Assembly (NCBI GenBank): GCA_016935525.1
Contig: JAFGQU010000017.1
Coordinates: 73,559-137,558, forward strand
Length of the DNA stretch: 64,000 nucleotides
Reading direction: 5' to 3'
DNA from: Candidatus Omnitrophota bacterium
GTDB lineage: Bacteria; Omnitrophota; Gorgyraeia; Duberdicusellales; 4484-171
Below are positions 55,116 through 64,000 of this stretch, in pieces; position 1 is the stretch's first letter; each line of letters begins with the position of its first letter. Position numbers and translations under genes: made by a program. The notes below the pieces were generated by a model. That model was given only the letters and a program-made list of their open reading frames with translations, had not been told where the DNA came from and did not search any database.

Positions 55116-55855
55116 AACGATGAGTAAAGCGTCTGGCTACGGGTGATCATGATAGCGGCAAACAGATCCTGCTGTATCGCGACGATCTCTTTTAACCGGA
55201 TCAATTCTAAGATCGCAAGAAAACAGACAATGATCTCCAGTTTACTGCGGGCCCGGCTGAACAGTTCGCTTAAAGAGATCTTTTCCTGCTCAACGAGGAC
55301 ATGAAGGATATCATGCATCTTCTCTTCGATGGTAAACTCATCTTTGATCACCTCTAAAAATACGTCTTTAGGGACTTCTTTCAGTGCCGCTTTAAAGGCA
55401 CTGATCAGGTCAAAAATCGACGCTTCAAAATAAGGTTCTCCTTTACGCTCGACCTGCGGCCGGCTTAGATATTTTAATCGTTCCTGTTCTTTTTCTTTCA
55501 GATACCCCGCGGCTTCTTTGAATTTCTCATATTCTAGTAATTTCCTTACCAGTTCGTCACGCGGGTCTTCTTGAGGGGCTTCTTCGGTTTTCTCCTGAGG
55601 CAGAAGCATTTTTGATTTGATATTGATCAGGGTCGCGGCCATCACCATATATTCGGAAGCGACATTGATATCTAATATCTGCATCAATTCGAGAAATTCC
55701 AGGTACTGTTCGACAACACGGGAAATCGGTATATCGTATACATCGACATGATCTTTTTTAATAAGATACAGCAGCAGATCCAAAGGACCTTCGAATATAT
55801 CCAGCCTGACTTTCATAAATGCACTGCTTCCCGGACGCGCGCCATGGTAGCACAC
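55112..55855 (-). CDS. scpA: Segregation and condensation protein A (kleisin)
   Basis: The ScpA N-terminal motif LDIFEGPLDLLLYLIKKDHVDVYDIPISRVVEQYLEFL is present. Confidence 0.88.
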   Translation of the reverse strand: MCYHGARPGSSAFMKVRLDIFEGPLDLLLYLIKKDHVDVYDIPISRVVEQYLEFLELMQILDINVASEYMVMAATLINIKSKMLLPQEKTEEAPQEDPRDELVRKLLEYEKFKEAAGYLKEKEQERLKYLSRPQVERKGEPYFEASIFDLISAFKAALKEVPKDVFLEVIKDEFTIEEKMHDILHVLVEQEKISLSELFSRARSKLEIIVCFLAILELIRLKEIVAIQQDLFAAIMITRSQTLYSSL

Positions 55856-56796
55856 GCAACAGTTTCTGCTCTTTGAGCCCCTTCATTCAATACCTGGTTA
55901 AGATAATCCGGTTCGTTCAGTAACCGTTTTTTTTCTTTGCGTTTTTCGCCGATAAAATCGATGAGCAATCCCGCAAGACAGGCTTTACAGTCTTTACACC
56001 CTTTCCGGGCCCCGGTACACCAGGCACGCACGTCTTCCTTCAACTCGGGTTTAAATACTTCATAATAGTTAAAGACACTACAGACCTCAGGCCGGCCGAA
56101 ATCGTCTTTTTTAATACGTTGAGGATCGGTCACCATAGAAAGCACTTTTTTGTTGATCATGTCATCTTCTTCATCAAGCGCAACAAAATTATCGTAACTC
56201 TTACTCATCTTACGGCCGTCCAATCCTAACAGTCGCGGAACCGGAGTGAGTAACGGCTGCGGTTCTACAAAAATCTCACTTTTAAACAGAAAGTGGAAAC
56301 GCCGCACGATTTCCCGGGCAACCTCTAAATGGGGAAGCTGATCTTCGCCGACCGGGACATAATGAGCCTGATACAGTAAAATATCCGCTGTCTGTAAGAC
56401 CGGATACCCCAGAAAAGCAAACGTATTGATCTCTTTCTCTTTCAGCTGGTCGATCTGTTCTTTAAATGTAGGGCAACGATAAAGCCAACCTAAAGGGGTA
56501 ATGATCGAAAGGGCCATGAACAATTCAAGGTGCACCGGCAATCGTGATTGGACGAAGATCACCGAACGTTTCGGGTCTATCCCCCAGGCGAGCCAGTCGG
56601 CGACGTTATCCATAATGGTATCGGCAATATTACTTGAACTTTTGTATTCACTCATAAGCGCATGCCAATCAGCTACCATAAAAAAACATGTATATTCATC
56701 TTGCAGCCGAGTCCAGTTAGAAAGAGCTCCTACCCAATGTCCGATATGCAGCTTTCCCGTAGGACGCATCCCGCTTAAAATACGTTTTTTTTCCAT
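55813..56796 (-). CDS. trpS: Tryptophan--tRNA ligase
   Basis: Class-I motifs are present: HIGH-like (GKLHIGHWVGA) and KMSKS. Confidence 0.92.
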   Translation of the reverse strand: MEKKRILSGMRPTGKLHIGHWVGALSNWTRLQDEYTCFFMVADWHALMSEYKSSSNIADTIMDNVADWLAWGIDPKRSVIFVQSRLPVHLELFMALSIITPLGWLYRCPTFKEQIDQLKEKEINTFAFLGYPVLQTADILLYQAHYVPVGEDQLPHLEVAREIVRRFHFLFKSEIFVEPQPLLTPVPRLLGLDGRKMSKSYDNFVALDEEDDMINKKVLSMVTDPQRIKKDDFGRPEVCSVFNYYEVFKPELKEDVRAWCTGARKGCKDCKACLAGLLIDFIGEKRKEKKRLLNEPDYLNQVLNEGAQRAETVACATMARVREAVHL

Positions 56797-56807
56797 ACTA
56801 CTAGAGG

Positions 56808-56899
56808 GTCACACGCCTGCCTGACGGCAGGCTAGTCACACGACACACGTCACACGTCTTTTTTACATGTGACCTTGTGACTTTGTGACATTGTGACAT
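56808..56899. repeat. GTCACA/TGTGAC repeat cluster with central GCCTGC-loop-GCAGGC hairpin, in the 105-bp infB-trpS spacer
   Basis: ggGTCACAcGCCTGCctgacgGCAGGCtaGTCACAcgacacacGTCACAcgtctttttta-caTGTGACctTGTGACttTGTGACatTGTGACat. Confidence 0.85.
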
Positions 56900-56901
56900 A
56901 T

Positions 56902-58794
56902 TCATGAGAGTTTACGCTCTATTTTTTCTTCACGAAAGACGTCGATAAGATCGCCTTCCTCAAGCTGGTCATATCCGATCCCCAGCCCGCATTCAGTCCC
57001 TTCAGTCACTTCTTTTACTTCGTCCTTAAACCTCTTCAGAGTATCGATCCGGCCGGAAAAGATCTTTTCTCCCTGGCGCATCAGTTCACACTGGGCTCCC
57101 CGCTGGACTTTGCCTTTCGTCACAATACTCCCGGCGATAATCCCTTTTGACAGTTTAAATACTTTTTTCACCTGCACCTGGCCGATAAATACCCGCCGGA
57201 TATGCGGAGTCAACATCCCTTCAAGAGCAGATCTCACCTCATCGATCAGTTCATAGACGATCTGATAGGTCCTGATCTCGATCCCCTTTTGTTTCGCAAG
57301 GTCACGGGCTGACGCATCAACCCCTACCTTAAACCCGAAGATCACCGCATCACTTACTTCCGAGAGAAGCACGTCCGAAGGAGATATCGCTCCTACCGCT
57401 TTATGTACGATATCGCTTTCAACTTCCTGAGTAGATAGTTTTCCTAACGCCTGCTCTACCGCTTCCAGCGTCCCCCCCACATCGGCTTTTAAAATAACTT
57501 TCAGCTGTTTTTTCCCTTTCTGGCCGAGATCTTCAAGCCGCATATGCGCGGGTGTGGTCTGACGTTTATTTTTCTCCTCTTCTTTACGGCGGTCGATGAT
57601 CTCTTTGGCGCTGGACTCATCGGGAACAACAAATAATTTATCACCGGGAGTCGGCACCCCGTCCAACCCCAATACCTCAATAGGACAGGACGGATATACT
57701 TTCTGATGGAACCTGCCTAAATCGTCCTGCATGGCTTTTATCCTGCCCCAAAACACCCCACACACTACAATATCCCCAAGAGAGAGTTGTCCTTCCTGGA
57801 CAAGAATAGTCGCAAGCGCCCCGCGTCCTTTGGAAAGATGGCCTTCGATGACCACCCCTACCGCCGGCCGGCCATAATCGGCTTTTAAATCAAGGAGTTC
57901 TCCCTGCAGAAGGATCAGTTCCAGTAATTCATTGACCCCCGCCCCGGTCTTTGCCGACACCCCTTGAGTCACGGTCTTTCCGCCCCAGTCTTCCGGAACA
58001 AGGTCGATTTTAGATAATTGTTGTTTTACCATATCTACATTGGCGGTGGGTAGATCGATCTTGTTTATGGCGACGATGATCGGAACATCGGCCTGTTTGG
58101 CATGATCATAGGCTTCTATGGTCTGGGGTTTAATCCCTTCTTCGGCGGCAACGACCAGTATCACAATATCGGTAATATCCGCGCCTCGAGCCCGCATGGC
58201 CGTGAACGTCTCATGGCCGGGAGTATCTACAAACGTAATCGATCCATGTTCTAAATCGACCCGGTAAGCTCCGATATGCTGGGTGATCCCGCCTCGTTCA
58301 CTTTGAGTAATCGTACTTTTACGGATATAATCCAAAAGCGAAGTCTTTCCATGATCGATATGCCCCATGAGCGTCACTACCGGAGCACGTTTTTTCAGCT
58401 CTTGAACGCCCACCTGAAGGATCTCTTCCTCTTTAGACGGTTTCTGACGTAAGTTGATCTTGAAAGAATACGCGATCTCCTGAGCCAGCTTATTGTCCAG
58501 GGTCTGATTGATCATCGCCATCTTCCCTTTAGACATGAGTATTTTCAGGATTTCCGAAGGTTTCTGGTTAAGCTTTACCGCAAGGTCTTTTACCGTAATC
58601 GGGAAATCGACATCGATCACATTTTCTTCTATCTCTTTTTGATTCAGGTCGGCTACTTCGTGTTTGATTATTTCGGCAGTATCATCATCGACTACCGACA
58701 TATGGCTCTTAACCGGAAAATTCAATTTCTGCAGTTTCTCGATAAGCTCTTTGGAATCGATCCCTAACTGTTTTGATAATTCATAAATTCTCAT
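56902..58794 (-). CDS. infB: Translation initiation factor IF-2 (short N-terminal region)
   Basis: G domain ([21 protein letters not shown]), then domains II, C1 and C2. At 630 aa the N-terminal extension is shorter than in enterobacterial IF-2. Confidence 0.93.
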   Translation of the reverse strand: MRIYELSKQLGIDSKELIEKLQKLNFPVKSHMSVVDDDTAEIIKHEVADLNQKEIEENVIDVDFPITVKDLAVKLNQKPSEILKILMSKGKMAMINQTLDNKLAQEIAYSFKINLRQKPSKEEEILQVGVQELKKRAPVVTLMGHIDHGKTSLLDYIRKSTITQSERGGITQHIGAYRVDLEHGSITFVDTPGHETFTAMRARGADITDIVILVVAAEEGIKPQTIEAYDHAKQADVPIIVAINKIDLPTANVDMVKQQLSKIDLVPEDWGGKTVTQGVSAKTGAGVNELLELILLQGELLDLKADYGRPAVGVVIEGHLSKGRGALATILVQEGQLSLGDIVVCGVFWGRIKAMQDDLGRFHQKVYPSCPIEVLGLDGVPTPGDKLFVVPDESSAKEIIDRRKEEEKNKRQTTPAHMRLEDLGQKGKKQLKVILKADVGGTLEAVEQALGKLSTQEVESDIVHKAVGAISPSDVLLSEVSDAVIFGFKVGVDASARDLAKQKGIEIRTYQIVYELIDEVRSALEGMLTPHIRRVFIGQVQVKKVFKLSKGIIAGSIVTKGKVQRGAQCELMRQGEKIFSGRIDTLKRFKDEVKEVTEGTECGLGIGYDQLEEGDLIDVFREEKIERKLS

Positions 58795-60125
58795 TTTTCT
58801 TCCTGATTATCCTCCTGTGTGATTTCTTTATCTCCCTCGGTAGCTGCCGGTTCTTCTGGCATCGCCTTCTTGGACTTGTTTTGAGCATCGTCGGATACCG
58901 CTTGAGAGATCTTTGCTTTGGCTGCTTCTACTTTTTTTCTTGCTTCTTCAACCATCTTTGCCACTTTTTTTGCTCCGATCCCTTTTATCTTCGCTAAATC
59001 TTCTTCGTTCGCCCGGGCCAGTGACGACACATCCGAATATCCGGCATTCACCAGTAACGTCGCCGTCCGGTCGCTCACGCTCTTTAAAGAAGCAAGCACC
59101 TTCAGGCTCTCTTCGATCGCTTCTTTTGTGCGGACATCGATCTCCCATTCTACCAGCCGGGAAGCTAACCTTACGTTCTGGCCTTTGCGCCCGATTGCCA
59201 GAGAAAGCTGATCGGAATTGACCAGCACTTTTGCCCGTTTTAACTCGCGGTCTATCTCGATCTTGGAAACTGCCGCCGGGGCAAGGCTCGCTTTAATAAA
59301 TTCTTTGATCTCGTCATGCCAACGGATAATATCGATCTTTTCTCCCCGCAGTTCTTCAATAATATTTTTCACCCGGGAACCGCGGATACCTACACACGAA
59401 CCGACACAATCCACTTTATCATCTTTGGAAAATACCGCAATCTTTGTCCTCTCTCCCGCTTCCCGGGCAATCGATTTGATCTCTACTATGCCGTCGTAGA
59501 TCTCCGGCACTTCAAGTTCAAACAGTTTTTTCACCAGCCCCGGATGTTTACGGGAAAGGACTATCTGCGGCCCTTTTTCTCTTTTCACATCGATCACCAG
59601 AGCTTTCACCCGTTCGCCCATCCGAAACTTATCTAACGGCGACAGGAAACTGTTAGGGATGATCCCCTCAGCCTTACCCAAAAGGTCAAGGATCACTCCT
59701 CGCTTTTCAATACGATATACGATCCCGCCGATGATCTGGCCGGCACGGTCCTTGAAATCTTCAAAAATATTTTCTTTTTCGGCTTCCCGGATCTTCTGAA
59801 TGATGACCTGCCGGGCGGTCTGAGCGGCAATCCGTCCAAACTCTTTAGAAACGATCTCTTTACCGGAAATGAATACGCGGATATCTCCTTTCTGTTCGTC
59901 TATATCAACGCTCACTTCGTCTTTATTCTCTTCGGTGATTTTAGCGATCTTATGCGCGGCGATAGTCAACGCCTGTTTGACCGCTTCGATAAGGACCGCC
60001 CGGGGCAGCCCTTTTTCCCGTTCCAGTTGTTCAACAATGCTTAAAAATTCCTTATTCATAATTAATCCTCTGTTTTGCACATTGTACACAAGATAAAGGG
60101 ATCTCCCATGATCCCTCTCCTTCAA
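58791..60125 (-). CDS. nusA: Transcription termination/antitermination factor NusA
   Basis: N-terminal domain, S1 and two KH domains, with a C-terminal helix-hairpin-helix region and an acidic tail. The nusA-infB order is conserved. Confidence 0.92.
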   Translation of the reverse strand: MKERDHGRSLYLVYNVQNRGLIMNKEFLSIVEQLEREKGLPRAVLIEAVKQALTIAAHKIAKITEENKDEVSVDIDEQKGDIRVFISGKEIVSKEFGRIAAQTARQVIIQKIREAEKENIFEDFKDRAGQIIGGIVYRIEKRGVILDLLGKAEGIIPNSFLSPLDKFRMGERVKALVIDVKREKGPQIVLSRKHPGLVKKLFELEVPEIYDGIVEIKSIAREAGERTKIAVFSKDDKVDCVGSCVGIRGSRVKNIIEELRGEKIDIIRWHDEIKEFIKASLAPAAVSKIEIDRELKRAKVLVNSDQLSLAIGRKGQNVRLASRLVEWEIDVRTKEAIEESLKVLASLKSVSDRTATLLVNAGYSDVSSLARANEEDLAKIKGIGAKKVAKMVEEARKKVEAAKAKISQAVSDDAQNKSKKAMPEEPAATEGDKEITQEDNQEEK

Positions 60126-60516
60126 TGATAATATGTTCTTTTGTAATTTTTCGCAAGATACCTTCTATATATGTCTTCCCGTCAAAAGCCTCTTCCAACC
60201 AGACGCCTATTCGACGGCCTACTACTCTCTGGAAATCTTTTTGATCTCTTAATTTCCAGTCTAACCCGGGGGAGATGACCTCCAGTCTGAAATTTTCAGT
60301 GAAGGCCCCCTGACTCTCTACATACGCATAAAAAAGCCGGTTGAGACGACCGCACTCATCAAGCGTGATCCCGCCCCAAGGTCGATCGGCGACGATCCTG
60401 ATCACCCGTTCCTGTCCCTGACGAAAGGATTTGAACTCTACGATATCAAATCCTTCCCGGCCAAACAGAATTTCGGCCTGCTCTCTGATTTTTCCCTCAC
60501 AACTTCTGGTAAGCAT
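60052..60516 (-). CDS. rimP: Ribosome maturation factor RimP
   Basis: RimP homology upstream of nusA (conserved rimP-nusA-infB order). Confidence 0.8.
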   Translation of the reverse strand: MLTRSCEGKIREQAEILFGREGFDIVEFKSFRQGQERVIRIVADRPWGGITLDECGRLNRLFYAYVESQGAFTENFRLEVISPGLDWKLRDQKDFQRVVGRRIGVWLEEAFDGKTYIEGILRKITKEHIIIEGEGSWEIPLSCVQCAKQRINYE

Positions 60517-61747
60517 CGATATGATTTTTTAAAAATTCGATACATTCATCGGACCCTAATGCGATTTTCTGAGAAGTTTTCCTTACCTCGATTTCTATTT
60601 TTTTGGTTTCGAGATATTTTTTTCCGAAAATTGCGATATAAGGGATCCCCAGTAGATACGCGTCTTTAAACTTGACTCCCGCGGGATGATCCCGGTCATC
60701 CAGGAGTACTTCTATTCCGGCAGATTCGAGTCGCCGGATCAGTTCAGTCGCCGCCGCAAGAAGCTCTTCGTTCTCTATACCGACTACGACCACACTCACC
60801 ATAAACGGAGCGATACGATGCGGCCACACGATCCCTTTTTCGTCGAAATTCTGTTCGACGACCGCACTGAGCAGCCGGCTTACTCCTATACCGTAACACC
60901 CCATGATCACCGGTTTACGTACCCCGTCGTTATCTAAAAAATACGCTCCCTGGGCTTCGGAGTATTTGGTGCCTAACTGAAAAATATGGCCTACCTCGAT
61001 CATCCGGTTCTGCGTAGTCGCCCCCTGACATTGCGGGCATGGGGCATCTTCACGGAAATATTTTTGACAGCTCTGGCAATAGTAGAGAATGTCTTCCCCG
61101 ATCTCGGCCGGGACTAAAAACTCGTGAGAAACACTTCCTCCCATCACGCCGGAATCAGCTTCGACCGTAATAAAATCGAGACCACAATCAGAAAATATAT
61201 TCTGATAGGCATCAAGCATTTTCTCATAATTGGCGGCGAGCCCCTCCTGGTCCCGGTCGAAACTATAGGCATCTTTCATGATAAACTCACAACTACGTAC
61301 TAATCCGTATCGGGGACGGGTCTCATCACGGAATTTAGTCTGGATCTGATAAAGAACGACCGGAAGCTGTTTATATGACGCAATATATTTTTTGGCGATC
61401 TCGGTGATCTCTTCTTCATGGGTCGGCCCCAGACAAAGATCGCGATCTTTTCGGTCACGAACCCGTAACATGACTTCTTCCATATCTTTTATTCGGCCGG
61501 TCTTTTCCCACATCTCCAGAGGTTGTAATACCGTCATCAATAATTCGGAAGCCTCTTTACTGTTCATATGAGTACGGATGACATTACTGATCTTATTCAA
61601 TACTCTTACCCCCAACGGCAAATACGCGTAAATACCGCTGGAAATCATCGAAAGGAACCCGCCTCGTAAAAGAAGCGTATGGCTTTTGCATTCGGCACTA
61701 TGCGGATCCTCCCGCAATGTGGGAATAAATACTTTACTAAACAGCAT
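60497..61747 (-). CDS. proS: Proline--tRNA ligase, compact form without the INS editing domain and with a CxxC-x13-CxxC zinc-ribbon insertion
   Basis: Near-colinear with the E. coli ProRS N-terminus (SHTLLLRGGF, LPLGVRVL, LCLGPTHEEEITE, YKQLPVVLYQIQTKFRDETRPRYGLVRSCEFIMKDAYSF). The insertion is CQSCQKYFREDAPCPQCQG. It has a C-terminal anticodon-binding domain. Confidence 0.88.
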   Translation of the reverse strand: MLFSKVFIPTLREDPHSAECKSHTLLLRGGFLSMISSGIYAYLPLGVRVLNKISNVIRTHMNSKEASELLMTVLQPLEMWEKTGRIKDMEEVMLRVRDRKDRDLCLGPTHEEEITEIAKKYIASYKQLPVVLYQIQTKFRDETRPRYGLVRSCEFIMKDAYSFDRDQEGLAANYEKMLDAYQNIFSDCGLDFITVEADSGVMGGSVSHEFLVPAEIGEDILYYCQSCQKYFREDAPCPQCQGATTQNRMIEVGHIFQLGTKYSEAQGAYFLDNDGVRKPVIMGCYGIGVSRLLSAVVEQNFDEKGIVWPHRIAPFMVSVVVVGIENEELLAAATELIRRLESAGIEVLLDDRDHPAGVKFKDAYLLGIPYIAIFGKKYLETKKIEIEVRKTSQKIALGSDECIEFLKNHIDAYQKL

Positions 61748-62780
61748 CTCGTATCTTCCTTATTACATCTTTTATCGTATTATCGGGATCGGTATACCCG
61801 ATCACTTTTCCCCGACGAAATATCGCCCCTTTATTTTTTCCAAAAGCGACTCCGATATCCGCCTGAGCCGCCTCGCCCGGCCCGTTTACCACACATCCCA
61901 TCAACGCTACCTTCTTAAACGCCCCCGGCAACGATACCTTACGCAACTGTTTCTGGAAATCGTCGACGATCCTGGTCAGATTCACTTCACACCTGCCGCA
62001 GGTCGGACAGGAGATTATTTCGGGAAAAAACCAGCGTAATCCCAGAAACTGCAGGATCGCTTTGGCAACATCTATTTCATCACAAGAAGCCCCCGTAAGC
62101 GAAACCCTGATAATACTCCCAATACCTTCAGATAAAAGAATTCCAATCCCTAAGGAAGATTTTATGACTCCTTGCAAAAACGGGCCGCTGGCCGTCACCC
62201 CTAAATGCAGAGGGTATTGAAATTTCTGAGAAAAAAGCCGGTTGGCAGCAATAGTCGTCGAAACCTGCGATGCCTTTAAAGAAACCATTATATCAGAGAA
62301 TTGCTGGTCTTCAAAAAGTTTTATATAATCGGAAACCTTCTTCACCATTGCCCGGGCAAACCGCCCGTCACTTGAGGTATGCTCTTTGAACCCCCCGGAA
62401 TTAACCCCGATCCTTATAGAGACTTTTCTTTGTTTGGCCTGACGTACGATTTCTTTCAATGTGTCTTTTTTCGTAATATTCAAAGGGTTAAGCCTTATCC
62501 CGTCGACCCCCGCATCCAGCGCCGCAAGCGCCAACGCGGGATGAAAATGGATATCGGCGACCAGGGGAACCGATAACTCTTTTTTTAAAGCCCGTAGCGC
62601 CCGGGTTTCGCTCTGCTCTTTAAAGGCTATCCGGATGGCTTCGGCCCCGCGCAGCTCCAGACCAAGCCCTTCCCGGATGAGCCGGGACAGTTTACGGGCG
62701 GGAGTCTTCAGCATCCCTTTGATCCGTACGGGATTGTGTCCGCCGACTTTAAGTTTTCCGATATGTACGATTTTACTCAT
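61737..62780 (-). CDS. ispG: 4-hydroxy-3-methylbut-2-en-1-yl diphosphate synthase (flavodoxin)
   Basis: GcpE TIM barrel and a C-terminal 4Fe-4S Cys cluster (CPTCGRC...GCVVNGPGE). Confidence 0.92.
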   Translation of the reverse strand: MSKIVHIGKLKVGGHNPVRIKGMLKTPARKLSRLIREGLGLELRGAEAIRIAFKEQSETRALRALKKELSVPLVADIHFHPALALAALDAGVDGIRLNPLNITKKDTLKEIVRQAKQRKVSIRIGVNSGGFKEHTSSDGRFARAMVKKVSDYIKLFEDQQFSDIMVSLKASQVSTTIAANRLFSQKFQYPLHLGVTASGPFLQGVIKSSLGIGILLSEGIGSIIRVSLTGASCDEIDVAKAILQFLGLRWFFPEIISCPTCGRCEVNLTRIVDDFQKQLRKVSLPGAFKKVALMGCVVNGPGEAAQADIGVAFGKNKGAIFRRGKVIGYTDPDNTIKDVIRKIRDAV

Positions 62781-62788
62781 TGTCTTTT

Positions 62789-63847
62789 TTACCGGTGAAG
62801 AACGAAACGGATCACATCGTTAAATACGATAAATAACATCAGCGTAATTAAAAGCACCAGCCCTATTTTCGTCAACGTCTCTTCCCATTTATCGGGTAAT
62901 GGTTTTTTTCGGAGCCGTTCGAGACCCAAAAAGAAAATATGCCCCCCGTCAAGCACCGGAATCGGAAAAAGATTGATCAGGCCCAGACTCACACTCAATA
63001 CTCCGACAAAATGGATAAGCGGGATTAACCCTACTTTTGCTATTTCGGAGGTAAGATGATATATCCCGACCGGGCCGGCAACCGCTTCCCGGAACGGGAT
63101 GACCCCGATAATGGTAAATACCAGCCCTTTGATGATCACCACCGTCAACTCGCCTACATGCCCTATCGCTTTCACAAAGGCCACTGCAATATTACTGCGA
63201 ACCACTTTCGGTTCAAACGAAGGGCCGATTCCGACAAAAGGGAGCTCCCGGAGACGGCCGAATATATCTTTACGACTCCTGATCTGAGGGACAACGGCCA
63301 CTTCTTTGATTTGGCCTGCTCGGTCGATTTCCATATGGAGAACGCCGTGGCTTACGGAAATCGTCTTAAGCACATCACTCCAGATATCGACCGCCTCACC
63401 GTTGATCGCCAGAATAGTATCCCCCGCGATGAGTCCGGCACTTTCAGCCGGGGTATCGGCGATGATCTGTCCGATAGTCGGTGCCGTATAGGGAAACCCG
63501 ACGGTGAATACCACCCAAAACACAAAAAACGCCAGCAGATAATTGAACAACGGGCCGAAAAATACTACCCGGGCTTTGATCCCCGGCGATTTAGAAAGAA
63601 ATTCTTCGGGTCCTCCGGTGTGGTCATGACGATCATCGCCGGCAAGTTTGACATATCCTCCCAACGGGACCAAACATATTAGAAACAGGGTTTCTTTATA
63701 TTTTACCCGGATGATCGGCGGGCCGAACCCGATCGCGAATTTTTCTACTTTTATCCCCCCCCAGCGGGCCGCAATAAAATGGCCGCATTCATGAGAAATA
63801 ATCAACACACTTAATACCGCAAGAAAAATAATGATATTTAACAGCAT
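62789..63847 (-). CDS. rseP: RIP (site-2) zinc metalloprotease RseP
   Basis: HExxH in the first transmembrane helix (ISHECGHFIAA), a central PDZ domain and the C-terminal LDGG motif (PIPVLDGGH). Confidence 0.9.
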   Translation of the reverse strand: MLLNIIIFLAVLSVLIISHECGHFIAARWGGIKVEKFAIGFGPPIIRVKYKETLFLICLVPLGGYVKLAGDDRHDHTGGPEEFLSKSPGIKARVVFFGPLFNYLLAFFVFWVVFTVGFPYTAPTIGQIIADTPAESAGLIAGDTILAINGEAVDIWSDVLKTISVSHGVLHMEIDRAGQIKEVAVVPQIRSRKDIFGRLRELPFVGIGPSFEPKVVRSNIAVAFVKAIGHVGELTVVIIKGLVFTIIGVIPFREAVAGPVGIYHLTSEIAKVGLIPLIHFVGVLSVSLGLINLFPIPVLDGGHIFFLGLERLRKKPLPDKWEETLTKIGLVLLITLMLFIVFNDVIRFVLHR

Positions 63848-64000
63848 TTCTTTTCTATATACTCCTTTGTTTTATTACGGGCCCAGGTGTCCCAATATAT
63901 TACCTCATCAAGCGTACTTATTTTCCGGTGCGGGCTATGAGTGTAGACATACTCCAAAATAGGATACAAGTCGGTAAAAGCGATCCTCTCTTTTAAAAAC
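63838..64000 (-). CDS. dxr: 1-deoxy-D-xylulose 5-phosphate reductoisomerase, C-terminal fragment (start lies beyond the window end)
   Basis: Hand translation (…IAFTDLYPILEYVYTHSPHRKISTLDEVIYWDTWARNKTKEYIEKKCC*) aligns with the E. coli Dxr C-terminus (…IRFTDIAALN…VDDVLSVDANAREVARKEV). The dxr-rseP-ispG order is conserved. The stop overlaps the rseP start. Confidence 0.6.
   Translation of the reverse strand, partial: FLKERIAFTDLYPILEYVYTHSPHRKISTLDEVIYWDTWARNKTKEYIEKKCC

Overview
This window is a gene-dense bacterial chromosomal segment, and about 55 of 60 genes lie on the minus strand. It carries lpxB, an MsbA-like exporter, a beta-barrel outer-membrane protein and RseP, so the cell envelope is probably Gram-negative-type. 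The organism cannot be named from sequence alone.

**Gene content, in order along the window:**
- hisC (partial) and pheA
- a permease-less regulatory PTS cluster: ptsI, ptsH, yvcK, ptsN
- three tRNAs (Gly-GCC, Leu-TAG, Lys-TTT)
- frr, pyrH, tsf, rpsB
- an MsbA-like ABC exporter, a Gfo/Idh/MocA oxidoreductase and lpxB
- mnmG
- a small accessory-looking island at 15288-22038: a membrane protein translationally coupled to a ParA/MinD-type ATPase fused to a CBM48 glycogen-binding domain, a cNMP-binding patatin phospholipase, a GH1 beta-glucosidase, an ACT protein, a zinc-ribbon protein, a LOG protein and a DUF4870 protein
- a beta-barrel outer-membrane protein (OMP), then tRNA-Arg(CCT)
- apt, a sigma-70 factor, ppdK, glyQS, panB, apbE, polX, queF
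- recO, ybeY, pgpH, phoH, a LysM lipoprotein, aspS, hisS, hup
- dnaE, guaA, an IMPDH-related protein, an oxidoreductase, folD, an FTCD-like cyclodeaminase, yraN, rnhB
- rplS, a GIY-YIG gene, trmD, tgt, ruvB, scpA, trpS
- infB, nusA, rimP, proS, ispG, rseP and partial dxr

**Three observations stand out:**
- The ParA-CBM48 fusion with its coupled membrane partner is a candidate glycogen-granule or cargo-positioning system.
- A pervasive family of intergenic short-oligonucleotide repeat clusters sits in almost every spacer between housekeeping genes. Words such as GTCACA/TGTGAC, CTATGGAC, TTAGCAAT, CGCAGAT, TCTCTGG and GAAATAC occur in direct and inverted arrays, often around a GCCTGC-loop-GCAGGC hairpin. 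In two places the clusters supply the last codons of flanking genes.
- A GIY-YIG nuclease gene bracketed by a 15-bp perfect inverted repeat is inserted between trmD and rplS.

No CRISPR array, rRNA genes or recognisable transposases or integrases were found.
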